Below are positions 49,870 to 61,315 of a stretch of DNA of 64,000 bases, in pieces. The notes beneath the pieces were generated by a model. That model saw only the letters and a list, made by a program, of their open reading frames with translations, did not search any database and had not been told where the DNA came from. This stretch comes from Dipteris shenzhenensis (Eukaryota): assembly GCA_047967505.1 (NCBI GenBank), contig CM106538.1, one strand, 5' to 3'. The first letter of the stretch is position 1, and the number at the start of each line of letters is the position of its first letter. The position numbers and the translations under genes are program-made.

Positions 49870-52800
49870 TGTTGAGATATCAAGCTCTATCCCTGACATA
49901 TCTCCTAGATGACTATCATTTATGTCACCGCCTATGTTAGTTGTACTCGTGGTGCAGTTAGACTACCACGTATGTTTTTGGTTTGGGTTCACATATGAAC
50001 CACGTATTCTAGGTTTTGACATATAGGGTATTTCCCTCTTCTATTGTTGTATTGTTGGTGTGTGCAAAAGTGAAGAAAGGCTTCACCCTCCAACCTTGTG
50101 TCCTCTCTCTTTTGTGTGTTGTGAAGAAAGTTGAACTTGAGTCTCCTACCTCTCTCCCTTATTCTTTACATGGTATCAGAGCCTTGTTCGTGGTAAGGAG
50201 CTCAAGAAAGCTAGCCAAGTTTGTGGTGTCCTGGTAAGAGGACCAGTGTAGCTTTCCTATTTCGAGTTTGGGAGCAAATCTCTGCAGGTAGCACAGCCAG
50301 AAGTGCAGGAGTGCACTGCTTCAGATTGAGAGGCCTTTCGCGGTGCGGCGAGAGCGCAGTATATGCTGCGGGACAGGGCAAAGCCCTTAGTGACTTTATT
50401 TTTCTGATTTGAGGCCGTTTCGAGGCCCGTTTTGAAGGCGGAAGTTCTTCGCAGGCACTCAAAAAAAGGCCCTGTTTTTGCTGTGCGACCACCGCGCGGC
50501 TTGTCGGTGGAAAGGTGCCACAGAAATTGCATCGTATGCCTATGTGCAGAGATATTGGGAGTTGCAGATTCATGCCTGTTGCCTGTTGATGCAAAATCGT
50601 CACGAGGAAGTGACTGTGTGGTGAAATACCACTTTCGTCAGTGTTGCAGATCTGCCCCTGTGAGGCTCTTTGCAGAAGTTTTGCTATTTGCCCTTCTGAG
50701 GCATTTGCTGTGTTTACAGGTTGCTGTTGCAATTCGTGATTTGTAAAATGTCTGAGAATCTGTCTACCATTGTCAGTGAGAAGCTTGACAAGAACAACTT
50801 CCAAGCATGGAAGTTCAGGATGACAAACTTCTTTATGGGAAAGGGAGTTTGGGATTACATCAGTGGTGAAACTGCAGAACCAGTTTTGGGTGCTGCTCCC
50901 ACTCCTGCTGAATTGAAGGCCTTTAAAGAATGGCATGAAAAAGCCAGAAAATGCCTGTATTGGCTGTCCGTTAGCATTTCAGATTCTATGATTGTGCATA
51001 TACAGGATCTAGAGACGCCTAAGGAGGCATGGGATACATTGGTGAAGCTGTATAGCACAAATACCAAAGCACGAAAGATGCAGCTAAAGCAGGAGTTGCA
51101 CAATGTGCAAAGGAAAAATCTGAATATAAATGAGTATTCCTTGAAGGTGAAAGGCCTTGCAGATTCTCTTGCCTCCATTGGAGCACCTGTTGATGATGAG
51201 GACTTAGTATCCGTGACCTTGAATGGTCTTGGGAAAGATTATGCACAATTTCGGACATCCATTGGAGTCCGTGAAACATTTCCTGATTTTCAGGAACTTA
51301 TTGCTCTCTTGCTGAGTGAAGAGCAAAGGAATGGTGGTTCAGCCACCTCAACTTCTCAAGAGACTGCTTTCTACTCGAATATAGGTAGAGGCAGGGGTAG
51401 AGGAAGAGGCCGTTCTGGTGGCCGTGCAGGAAATCAGAACCAACAGCAACAACAGGAAAACCAGTCCTATGGAGGAGGACGTGGTAGTTCTAGAGGCAGG
51501 GGGAGCCAAAGAGGCCGTGGTTCATGGCAAAGGAACCAGCAAGTAAATAGCAGCATAGAATGCTATTATTGTGGAAAGCCTGGACACAAGGAGAATACAT
51601 GCTATAAAAAGCAGAATGACATCAAAAGTGGAAAGTTGCAGCAAAGCAACTATGCATCATCAAGTGGGCATGGTGACGACAGAAATGAGCACCTTTTTGT
51701 GATGCAGCATATGGTTAACTCCATGTCAGGAGATGCTGCAGCTTGCAATGATGTTTGGTATGTTGATTCAGGTGCCTCTAACCACATGACCAGTCATGGT
51801 GAGTGGTTTCATGATGTCAGAAATTTGGATAAGCCAGGTTATGTTGAAACAGGTGATGATACTGCGCACCCAATTACGCAGGTTGGTAAAGTGCCATTGG
51901 CTATGCAGGATGGCAAAACGAAGTACTTGGTAGATGTACTTCATGTTCCAAAAATCACTAAGAACCTGGTTTCAGTTGGCCAGATGGTTGAGCAAGGTCT
52001 GCAAGTTAGATTTAATCCTGATGGATGCTTTGTTGAAGACCTAAAAAATAAATGCCGCTTGGTTGCGAAAGGCAACAAAAATGGAAGAATGTTCACCTTG
52101 GATGTTGATATGCTTGAGGTGAAAGCTGCTATGTTTGCGCATGGGAGAGGTGTCATTGCAGATATTGAGATATGGCACAAGCGCATTGGGCACGTGAATA
52201 TACAAAGGCTGAAATCTATGCAAACGAAAAACATTGTTGCAGGTTTGACTAAATTCAGAGTTGAGGGAATGCAAAAGGTATGTGAAGCATGCCAAATGGG
52301 TAAGCAGGCCAGACATGCATTTCCCAAAAATGCTAAGGTGAGCAGAAGACCTTTGGAAGTGATCCATTCAGATGTTTGGACAACCAAAGCTGCTTCTATT
52401 GGTGGATGCCATTATTATGTGACGTTTATTGATGACTACACTAGGAAGGTGTGGATTTATTTTATGAAGCACAAAAGTGAAGTGTTCAGCCATTTCAAGG
52501 CTTTTAAGGCCATGGTTGAAAAAGAGAAAGGTGTGCATATTAAAGTGCTAAGATCTGATGGAGGGGGAGAGTACTTTTCAGAAGAATTTTGTGAATATCT
52601 GAAAGAACAGGGAATTCAAAGGAAGTACTCATGCAGGTCTACCCCTCAGCAGAATGGGGTTGCAGAAAGGAAGAACAGGCATATTGCAGAAGTAGGACGG
52701 GCGATCCTAAATGAGAAAAACATGCCTGATTATTTTTGGGCTGAAGTAGTAGCAACTGCTGTTTATATTATGAACAGAACCCCCACTGCAGCTGTCCATG

Positions 52801-55349
52801 GCATGACGCCTGAAGAAATGTATACAGGCCAAAAACCAGATATTTCTCACTTGAAGGTATTTGGTTGCATAGCTTATGTTCATGTTCCTGATGAGAAGAG
52901 AACAAAGCTGGATCCAAAGGCAGAAAAATGCATCTTTATTGGATATGCTCAGCACCAGAAAGGGTATCGCTGCTATAACCCTTCCACCCGCAAAATGCAA
53001 GTGAGCAGAGATGTTGTTTTTGATGAAATGAGCAGCTGGTATGCACCAACTGTTATGGTAGGAAATGCAGATGCAGGAAATGGGAATGCTGCAATAAATG
53101 CAGAGCAGCAATCTCAAGCCTTGAGTGGACCCAGAGAGTCCTCTACTAGTGGATCTAATGCATGGACAGGGAGATTGAGATCTAGTGAATCGTCACATGG
53201 CAGTCCTGATAGTGTTGTGCAGGTATCACATAAGGGAAAAGAAAAAGTGGACCATGCTCCAGTGTTTGATGTGTCTGCTGGTAGCTCTCATGTTGATGGA
53301 GAGTCAAGCGGATCTGAAATGAGCCTTGATGAGGAACTTGGGATTCCTTCTGTTGTTACACCTGGTGCAAGGAAAAGCAGGCATGATTTAAAGACGCCTG
53401 CAACTGATCCAGTTGTACGGAGGTCCACTCGTATTAAGTATCCAGTTGACAGGCTGAGATATGATGGGTATACAACACATCACTATGCTTATATGGTCAA
53501 GGTTCTAGAGGAGCCAGAGCCCACATGTTTTGAGGATGCAGCAGGGCATAAAAATTGGGAAGCAGCTATGGATGAAGAGATGGCTGCCTTGGATGCAAAC
53601 CACACTTGGGATTTGATGCCTTTGCCTCATGATAAGAAGGCTATTGGCTGCAAGTGGGTTTACAAAGTAAAGCACAATGCTGATGGGTCTGTTAGCAGGT
53701 ACAAGGCAAGATTGGTTGCCAAAGGTTTTGCACAGACATATGGAATTGACTATGAGGAAACTTTCAGCCCAGTTGCAAGGATGGCAACTGTGAGAGCAGT
53801 AATTGCTATGGCTGCAAAGGGATGGTCTTTGCATCAGATGGATGTGAAAAATGCCTTCTTGCATGGTGACTTGCAGGAAGAGGTTTATATGATGCAGCCA
53901 GAAGGTTTTGAGGATAAAGCACACCCCGATTTTGTATGCAGGTTGCGCAAAGCCTTGTATGGCTTAAAACAGGCGCCGAGGGCATGGTCAGACAAGATAG
54001 GACAATATCTTGTCACTATTGGATTTTCCAATTCAGATTTTTCACTTTATGTGAAAAGGACAAACAGAGGGATTGTGCTTATAGTCATCTATGTTGATGA
54101 CTTGATTATTACAGGTGATAGTGATGCAGACATTAATGAAGTGAAGCTGCTGTTGAAGCAGAAATTTGAGATGAAGGATTTGGGAGAGCTGCGTTACTTC
54201 TTGGGCATTGAGGTTATTAGATCCCCGAGTGGGATATGGCTGTTGCAAAGGCAATACGGTTTGGACATGCTGTCCAAATATGGGATGACAAGCTGTAAGC
54301 CTATTTCTGTTCCATTGGAGCAGAATGTGAAGCTCAATGCAGAGACAGGTGAGCTTCTTGAAGATATTACTATGTACAGGTGCATAGTAGGTAGCTTGAT
54401 TTACATGACTATAACCAGACCAGATTTGAGCTATGCTGTGGGGCTGGTGAGTCAGTTTATGCAGGCACCAAGGAAGCCACATTTGGATGCGGCTAGGCGC
54501 ATACTGCGGTATGTGAAGTCCACATTGCATTATGGACTGTTTTATGAAGCTGGGTGTGCATTACAGGTACATGGATACACAGATGCTGACTGGGCTGGTA
54601 GTGTCTCAGACAGGAGATCTACTAGTGGTTTTATGTTTTCCCTTGGGAGTGGTGCCATCAGTTGGAGCAGCAAGAAGCAGCCAACAGTTGCCTTGTCGAG
54701 CACAGAGGCAGAGTACAGGGGTGCAGCAATGGCTGCATGTGAGGTAGCTTGGTTACGGAAGCTACTTGCAGATATGGGACAGTCAGTTCATGCAGCAGTT
54801 GTCATTCATTGTGACAACATTAGCAGCATCATGCTTGCTAATAACCCAGTTTATCATGCTAGAACGAAGCACATTGAGGTGCATTATCACTTTGTGAGAG
54901 AGAAGGTTCTAGCTGGTGAGATTGATCTTGTCTATGTCAGCACTGAGAAGCAGGTGGCTGATATCTTTACGAAGGCATTGGGTACCGAGAAGCTTCGCAG
55001 ATTTAGGAGCTTGCTTGGTGTACGTGAGATGGATTTGAGCTTGAGGGGGAGTGTTGAGATATCAAGCTCTATCCCCGACATATCTCCTAGATGACTATCA
55101 TTTATGTCACCGCCTATGTTAGTTGTACTCGTGGTGCAGTTAGACTACCACGTATGTTTTTGGTTTGGGTTCACATATGAACCACGTATTCTAGGTTTTG
55201 ACATATAGGGTATTTCCCTCTTCTATTGTATTGTTGGTGTGTGCAAAAGTGAAGAAAGGCTTCACCCTCCAACCTTGTGTCCTCTCTCTTTTGTGTGTTG
55301 TGAAGAAAGCTGAACTTGAGTCTCCTACCTCTCTCCCTTATTCTTTACA
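49870..55349 (+). mobile_element. Full-length, young Ty1/Copia retrotransposon
   Basis: LTRs at 49870-50170 and 55052-55349; PBS TGGTATCAGAGC at 50171; PPT TGAGGGGGAG; TSD GAAGG; single ORF. Confidence 0.98.
50748..55094 (+). CDS. Copia gag-pol polyprotein (Gag, protease, integrase, RT, RNase H), 1448 aa from the first ATG
   Basis: CYYCGKPGHKENTC; WYVDSGAS; IN D-D-E (HSDVW, RSDGGGEY, NGVAER); RT MDVKNAFLHG, YVDDLII; RNase H DADWAG, EAEY, CDN, ADIFTKAL. Confidence 0.96.
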   Translation: MSENLSTIVSEKLDKNNFQAWKFRMTNFFMGKGVWDYISGETAEPVLGAAPTPAELKAFKEWHEKARKCLYWLSVSISDSMIVHIQDLETPKEAWDTLVKLYSTNTKARKMQLKQELHNVQRKNLNINEYSLKVKGLADSLASIGAPVDDEDLVSVTLNGLGKDYAQFRTSIGVRETFPDFQELIALLLSEEQRNGGSATSTSQETAFYSNIGRGRGRGRGRSGGRAGNQNQQQQQENQSYGGGRGSSRGRGSQRGRGSWQRNQQVNSSIECYYCGKPGHKENTCYKKQNDIKSGKLQQSNYASSSGHGDDRNEHLFVMQHMVNSMSGDAAACNDVWYVDSGASNHMTSHGEWFHDVRNLDKPGYVETGDDTAHPITQVGKVPLAMQDGKTKYLVDVLHVPKITKNLVSVGQMVEQGLQVRFNPDGCFVEDLKNKCRLVAKGNKNGRMFTLDVDMLEVKAAMFAHGRGVIADIEIWHKRIGHVNIQRLKSMQTKNIVAGLTKFRVEGMQKVCEACQMGKQARHAFPKNAKVSRRPLEVIHSDVWTTKAASIGGCHYYVTFIDDYTRKVWIYFMKHKSEVFSHFKAFKAMVEKEKGVHIKVLRSDGGGEYFSEEFCEYLKEQGIQRKYSCRSTPQQNGVAERKNRHIAEVGRAILNEKNMPDYFWAEVVATAVYIMNRTPTAAVHGMTPEEMYTGQKPDISHLKVFGCIAYVHVPDEKRTKLDPKAEKCIFIGYAQHQKGYRCYNPSTRKMQVSRDVVFDEMSSWYAPTVMVGNADAGNGNAAINAEQQSQALSGPRESSTSGSNAWTGRLRSSESSHGSPDSVVQVSHKGKEKVDHAPVFDVSAGSSHVDGESSGSEMSLDEELGIPSVVTPGARKSRHDLKTPATDPVVRRSTRIKYPVDRLRYDGYTTHHYAYMVKVLEEPEPTCFEDAAGHKNWEAAMDEEMAALDANHTWDLMPLPHDKKAIGCKWVYKVKHNADGSVSRYKARLVAKGFAQTYGIDYEETFSPVARMATVRAVIAMAAKGWSLHQMDVKNAFLHGDLQEEVYMMQPEGFEDKAHPDFVCRLRKALYGLKQAPRAWSDKIGQYLVTIGFSNSDFSLYVKRTNRGIVLIVIYVDDLIITGDSDADINEVKLLLKQKFEMKDLGELRYFLGIEVIRSPSGIWLLQRQYGLDMLSKYGMTSCKPISVPLEQNVKLNAETGELLEDITMYRCIVGSLIYMTITRPDLSYAVGLVSQFMQAPRKPHLDAARRILRYVKSTLHYGLFYEAGCALQVHGYTDADWAGSVSDRRSTSGFMFSLGSGAISWSSKKQPTVALSSTEAEYRGAAMAACEVAWLRKLLADMGQSVHAAVVIHCDNISSIMLANNPVYHARTKHIEVHYHFVREKVLAGEIDLVYVSTEKQVADIFTKALGTEKLRRFRSLLGVREMDLSLRGSVEISSSIPDISPR

Positions 55350-55421
55350 GAAGGTTATTGGAAGATGTTCAATCAACAAAATTTTTGCCATAAAGAGTGT
55401 AATGAAGAAGAAAGAATTCAT

Positions 55422-56049
55422 TGTTAGAGTTAGCTCAAATGTCCACCTCTCATGTAACCCACCAATATTCTGTGTACCCAATGTTGTAAGGCCCCCATAT
55501 GAGGAGAAGCCATGATGGGTATCAGATATTGGGAGGGATCCCCAGTTTAGACACTGGAAGGGGTCTTAGAGTAGACCAGATGGTTATGAGACGGCTTAGG
55601 AGCCAAGAGTAGATACCCGTCTGCACAAAGGGGGGGTTCGGGGGGGCGATAGCCCCCCCGATAGCAGGGGGTCCGGGGGGCGCAGGCCCCCAGTGGGGGT
55701 CTGGGGGCAAAGCCCCCAGACCCCCACCGGCATGTTTTCTGAAGGGTCGGTGGTCTTCCAGGCCGACTGTCTATTAGGCCGACTGCCTATTACAGGGCCG
55801 ACCGTCAACCACTTACACTATATAAGTGGCCACCCCCTATCATCAGATCACTAGTTCTTCACGCTCATAGTCCTCCGTCCAGCATCTGTCTAGATCACCA
55901 TCGAAGCTCTGTCTGTAGAGCGCACGGGTGGACAGCCAACCATCAGTTGTATCAGCAGTTTGGTATATCAGAATTTTTGTATTCTCTCCAGCTTTCCATC
56001 GTGTACTTGCGTTTTGTTGTTATCTTCCGCTGCGTACTATTTTCTTACA
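55422..56049 (+). mobile_element. Solo LTR
   Basis: TGTTAG...TTACA with TSD TTCAT; shares GTTGTAAGGCCCCCATATGAGGAGAAGCCATG and a GC-hairpin block with 37192-37859. Confidence 0.9.
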
Positions 56050-56160
56050 TTCATTTCTATTCTTAGGGATCCCTATCAGCATGCATTGTGACATGCAATA
56101 TTATAAGAGGCTGCAACCGATTTAGAGAATCTTTTAGACTCATTAGAAATTGACCATTCA

Positions 56161-57552
56161 TGTGATGCAGCTAGCATTAGTGAGCAAGGGTACTTATCTA
56201 TATATAATGTCTTTGTGAATGCACTTCAAGAACAAGGTGTATAGAATCCTTTATTGCCAAGACCAATACATGTTAGAAATGCCAGGAATTAAACAAATTC
56301 TTTTGTCCAAGATTTGTTGGGTGGGTTTATACCCATTTCAAAAAGAAAGATGTTGGAAGGCGCAATCAAGACGAAAGGCAAACTGAGCAAAATGAAAGGT
56401 GGACAAACAACCAAAGTGACAAAGTAGGGACCAGGACCTATTAGTACACGGAGCATAATAATGTCTTTGTAGATGTACACAAGGTCGAATCTACAATGAT
56501 AGAGTTTTACAATATGAAAGCATGGGGTGAGTTGCATTCTTATTGTTTAGTTGAGTTGCAATTTTAAAATTTTCTTTTATGATTGTCTAAATCTTTTAAC
56601 TTTTTATATTGTGAAGGTAAGTTTGTGTTTGTTCTCAAATTGGATGGGTGTGAAGTTGTAAAAGGCCATTAATTGGAGAGGGTTAGTATTACTTTAATGA
56701 ACAAAGCCCTTAGACATGCCAACAAAGATAAGGAAGTTACATAATATTTTGGTGTGCAATCAGAAAGGCACATTTGATCGCTTGTTGCGTTTGAACTTCC
56801 TAGAGAGACACACTCATTTTTTAGATGGAGCTTTGATAGATCTTCAAATCCAAGTGTCATTGCGCCCATACAAAATGGGAGTTGCTTCAAGTTCAAGGGT
56901 TTGGTGCATGGCATGAGAGTTTAGAGTCTAGAATCTAGGGCTTAGGGTCTAGGGTCTAGGATATAAGGCTTAGGGTCTAGGGCCTTGGGTTTAAGGTTTA
57001 CAATTTAGGGCTTATAGGTTAGTGTATAAGCTTGAGTGTTTAGAGTCTAGAATCTAGGGTTTAGCATCTAAGTTCTAAGTTAAAGTTTAAGATCAAGCTT
57101 ATGGTTTAAGGTCTAGGATGTATGATCTTGGATTTAGGATGTGTGAGTTGGGGTTTATAGTCTAGGATTTGGGTTTAGGGTTTAAGATGTAGGGTTTGGG
57201 ATCTACAGTTTACGATTTAGTATTTGGGAATATTTTCATTTCTTGATTTATGATTGAAATTAATTATTTCTAATGTTAATAATTTGATGAAATAGGATAA
57301 AATACTGTATGCCTTGTTTCAAACAAATGTTGTATATTATGTGGAATCCATATAAGAAACATGGTGTATCTTATGTGGCATCTACATAGAACACATGTGC
57401 ATCCACAATATATTATGCAATCAAATGGTGCATTTATACACCACCTAAATGTTGAATTTATTAAACTCTTTTGAATCAAACGGTGTATGTATACACCAAC
57501 TATTAGGCCATATTTGTGTGGAGGTGACCATTTTGTTACAAATTCACCATCA
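56161..57552 (+). repeat. 1.4-kb LTR-like repeat, copy 2, with a telomere-like array
   Basis: Diverged direct repeat of 45086-46466; ends CCATCA; array at about 56915-57225. Confidence 0.75.
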
Positions 57553-57577
57553 TGATTTATTGAGTGGAGGTCACACT

Positions 57578-59295
57578 TATTTTTAATTTTTTTTTGGCAA
57601 AGAAATTGTTGATTATATTATAATCATATGATTTGTACAATGAAGTCCAGAGTGGATAAAATATTCTCCTCTAAAGAGGAATATCTGGCTTGCATACAAA
57701 AACTCCACTGTATAGAAGTGAGAGACAAAAAAACTAGTAGCCAAAGAGGAGAGGAGCCAAAGCTCAAATTCATTGTTTTGATCAGTAGTGATCGATCATG
57801 TGCTACTCTGCTTGTTGAAGGATGATTGCATCTCATATCCTGAGACCAAGATGCCTCCTTGTCCACCTAAACAAAGGAAGGCCTACTGCAATTGACCTGA
57901 CACCCAAAAAAGCTGCAGTTGATCTGGTAACAAAATTTGTTGCTGTTGACCTAGTAACAGCAAAGGCTATAGTTGACCTAGTAGCAAATCTTGTTGCAGT
58001 TAACCTGGTAATAGAGGAACAGTGTGATAGAAAATGTTTGTGCTAGAGAGGGCTCTTTAGACAGAGGGTTGTGCTTTAACAGGGAATAGAGATGGTAGGA
58101 GTTGTGGTTGTAGGTCAACCCCTGAATTGGTACACCTCCCTGCATCCTTAATGTGGTCTTCAAGCTCTACCTGTAGTTGTGAGATTTGATCATTATAATT
58201 ATGAAACTCTTGGTCCAACAAGAACTTGGCCTGGACCATAGCAAATAGTGTTCGGTTAGTAGGAGAAAAGCTTTCATACCAATTAAAAAAGATCTAATCA
58301 GCATTTCTAAAAATCCAAATAAACCATAATGCATGTGCCCTAATGTGTAGCCATGTGCCATAATAAAGTTTGAGTGCATCTCCCAAAAGAATAGACCTCT
58401 AGTTTATTGGTTCCCCCTTCCTTAACTGCATAAATTTCCAAACCTTAAATGGAAGATGTCCTCCTTGATACACAAACAATGTTTGCATGTACCATCTCCC
58501 TTACCAATCTTGAGCCTCCTGCAGCAATTAGTCCAGACAGCCTTGTGTAGAATTAGCCATAACAAAGTGAGCATTTGGAACCTGTTGGGGCATATACTTA
58601 CACAGCTGTAAAAGAAAACCTTTTCATCTTGCATTTTAGGGCCAACCATCTATGATTTAGGTCCTGCATACAATTGATGACACAATCCTTGTAGTGTGAA
58701 AGTATCCCAATTGCACTGCCTCCTCTACCTTCCTCATGATTTGTATAATACCATATTCTTCTATTGTCAACATTTTTTAGTATCTTTTCCAAGGTGTCAT
58801 TGATTGCTTTAACCTCTTGTAAAACAATAAAAGTTGGGGACAAAGAGTTATCCCTCAACCACTTGGCTAGTTCCTGACTCCTCCAAGGGTCAATTAACCC
58901 ACAAACATTGAGTATGAGAAAAGTCTATGGTTTATTAACCATTCTTACTCTTCCCCTTTTTTGCCTTGGGGGCAGAGCTTTTGGGTGGGGCACTCTGGCC
59001 TTTGACTTGAGAGATCCTTCTCTTGTTTAGGGTAGTGGCTTGAGGTTTGACAGGGGCTTCAGCAGTCTTATCCTGTTTTTGTGCAAGAGGAAGTTCTTCC
59101 TCTGATTCCCCAACATCTGATTCACTCATATTGGCATCTACTTGGTTGACATCCTCCTCAAACTCTTTGGACCAGCCAGGTTTAATCTCAGCCTCTTCCA
59201 TTTTGGTATTCTGTATCCATTTCTCTTTTTCTTGGTCAATGAGTGCCTCACAAGCATTGTTGGTGGCCAATGGGAAAGTAACTCTCTATTTCTCT
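57578..59295 (-). mobile_element. L1-type LINE remnant with the RT domain deleted
   Basis: ORF1 C-terminus (58935-59270); endonuclease start LNVCGL..FIVLQEVK..GGSAI; zf-RVT-like LLWLILHKAV..CKHC; T-rich tract at 57578-57595 as the poly-A tail. Confidence 0.8.
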
Positions 59296-59299
59296 TGTT

Positions 59300-60316
59300 G
59301 AGTATGGAACATGGTTAGGTTTAGGTTCAGGGTTGGTTAACTGCCACATAAGCATGCATAGTCAGTAGTGCCACCTAAGCACATTGCCCCTGCCAACAAG
59401 CACAGTTTGGAATTTAGCATGTGAATATCTGTGCCACATCATCAAGGCCCCCTCTTCATCATAGAACCTTTGACAAGCCGTAACTTCCAATCCATGAAGA
59501 ATTTGGACATGCTCCAAAAAAGAAAAGTGATCATCTTTTTGAGCTCTACATGCCTATCAAGTCAAAATCATTGTATGCAATTAGACACTGCCAATGTTGA
59601 AAGAAATCAATTGGTAAGACCTTTGCAACAAATGGTAAAGCGATGCATGAATGCAAAAAAAAGCATGCCAAAAGCACAAGTGCATGAGATGACCATAGCA
59701 CGAAGCATGGCATCCACACATAAAGCATCAAGGCACATGGAAGAATAAAGCATCATGCATCAAGCTACACCAAGCGAAGAAGACAACGACATCGTCATCA
59801 AGCCATGAGCCAAAAGGTGACATCAATGGAATGTATTGAGAAACAAAGACCTTGCCAACCTTGCCTATATTTTGTAAAGCAAAACCTAACCACCTAAGAG
59901 TAGCCATGTAGCCACCCAGGAGAGGATTTGATCTTGTAACTCACATCTGACCACCTTGTAGTAGCCAAAGGATCATGGCACCAAGGGGAGGTGTTGAGAG
60001 TTGTGGTGCCATGAGCACATGTAGAGCAAAGGTATGAGTAAAGGGAAAGCTGCCACATGGCATGGAGGAGATATCCCACGTGTGAGCAAGCATATGGATG
60101 TAAGTACCCTCACCTATAAAAGGGAGGTTCATTTGAAGTAATATCAATCAAGCACTTTGCACTATCTCAAGATTCTCTTTATGAGTCCAAGCTAATCTAT
60201 CTTGGAACCTAATTGACTTGAGGTACATGTCATGAGCACTCTCTTCATCATGTTTCCACACAGGTTTCATCCACCTTAGAGCGCTCCATAGATCCTGAGG
60301 CACGCATGCTTTCTCA
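59300..60316 (+). mobile_element. 3' half of a non-coding LTR element related to 29239-31940 (LTR at 59992-60316)
   Basis: 59300-59991 is colinear with about 30900-31596, including the identical pre-LTR sequence GGATCATGGCACCAAGGGGAGG. Confidence 0.88.
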
Positions 60317-61315
60317 AGTAGGAAGTTTGATTTATATGACTATTACCAAGCCAGATTTGAGCTATGATATTGGGTTGGTAAGTTAGTTTATGCAGGCTCC
60401 AAGGAAACTGCATTTGGATGCGGCTAGATGCATACTGAGGTATGTGAAGTCCACATTGCAGTATGGACTATTTTATGAGACTGGGATTCAGATACAGTTG
60501 CATGGATACACTGATGCTGATTGGGTTGGTAGTATTTCTGATAGACGATCTACCAGTGGATATGTGGTCTCTTTTGGGAGTGCTGCAATCACTTAGAGGA
60601 GCAAGAAACAGCTTACAATTGCCTTGTCGAGCACAGAGGCTAAGTACAGGGGTGCAGCAATGGCTGCATGTGAGGCAGCTTGGTTGCATAAGCTACTTTA
60701 TGATATGCATCAGTCTACAGATGGGCCAGTTGTTATTTATTGTGACAACATGACCAGTATACACTTGGCAAATAACCCAGTCTATCATGCTAGAACAAAG
60801 CACATTGAGGTGCATTATCACTATGTGTGGGAGAAGGTTCTAGTAGGTTTTATTGATCTAGTTTATGTCAGCACAGAGAATCAGGTAGCTGACATATTCA
60901 CGAAGGCATTGGGTATAGAGAAGCTATGCAAGTTTAGAGACCTGCTTGGTGTGCAGGAATTGGGATTGAGCTCGAGGGGGAGTAATGAGATATGGAGCTC
61001 CACTTATGATATGCCAGGGTGACCATTATGCATTTATGTGACCGACTTGTTAGCTGCAGATGCAGTTGGTACACTGCCCATAAATAATAGCTGGATGACA
61101 GCTATCTTTGTGTACTCTAGTTAGTGGCTCAGTTAGTATGCCACCTTAGTTAGCTGAGTTTGGTTTGAGACCCACATATAGGGTTCACCTATTCTTTTGT
61201 ACTAAGAGAGAGTTCTTTTGGCTTTCACAACTAAGAAGAGGAAAACTGTTTTCAGCCTCCACCTTTGTGTATATTCCCCCATTGTGTATGTGAGAGAGCT
61301 GCAAGTGAGACTACA
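60317..61315 (+). mobile_element. Copia RT/RNase H 3' remnant with PPT and degenerate 3' LTR from about 60983
   Basis: DADWVG, KHIEVHYH, ADIFTKAL; strongly similar to 54390-55050; right end approximate. Confidence 0.85.

Noticed and set aside
50211-50936. 241-aa antisense ORF in the intact Copia
   Set aside because: No recognisable motif; probably a shadow of the leader and gag.
53140-54630. CTACTAGTG at about 53143 and 54619 as the CACTA right TIR
   Set aside because: Both lie within the intact Copia ORF and lack subterminal repeats.
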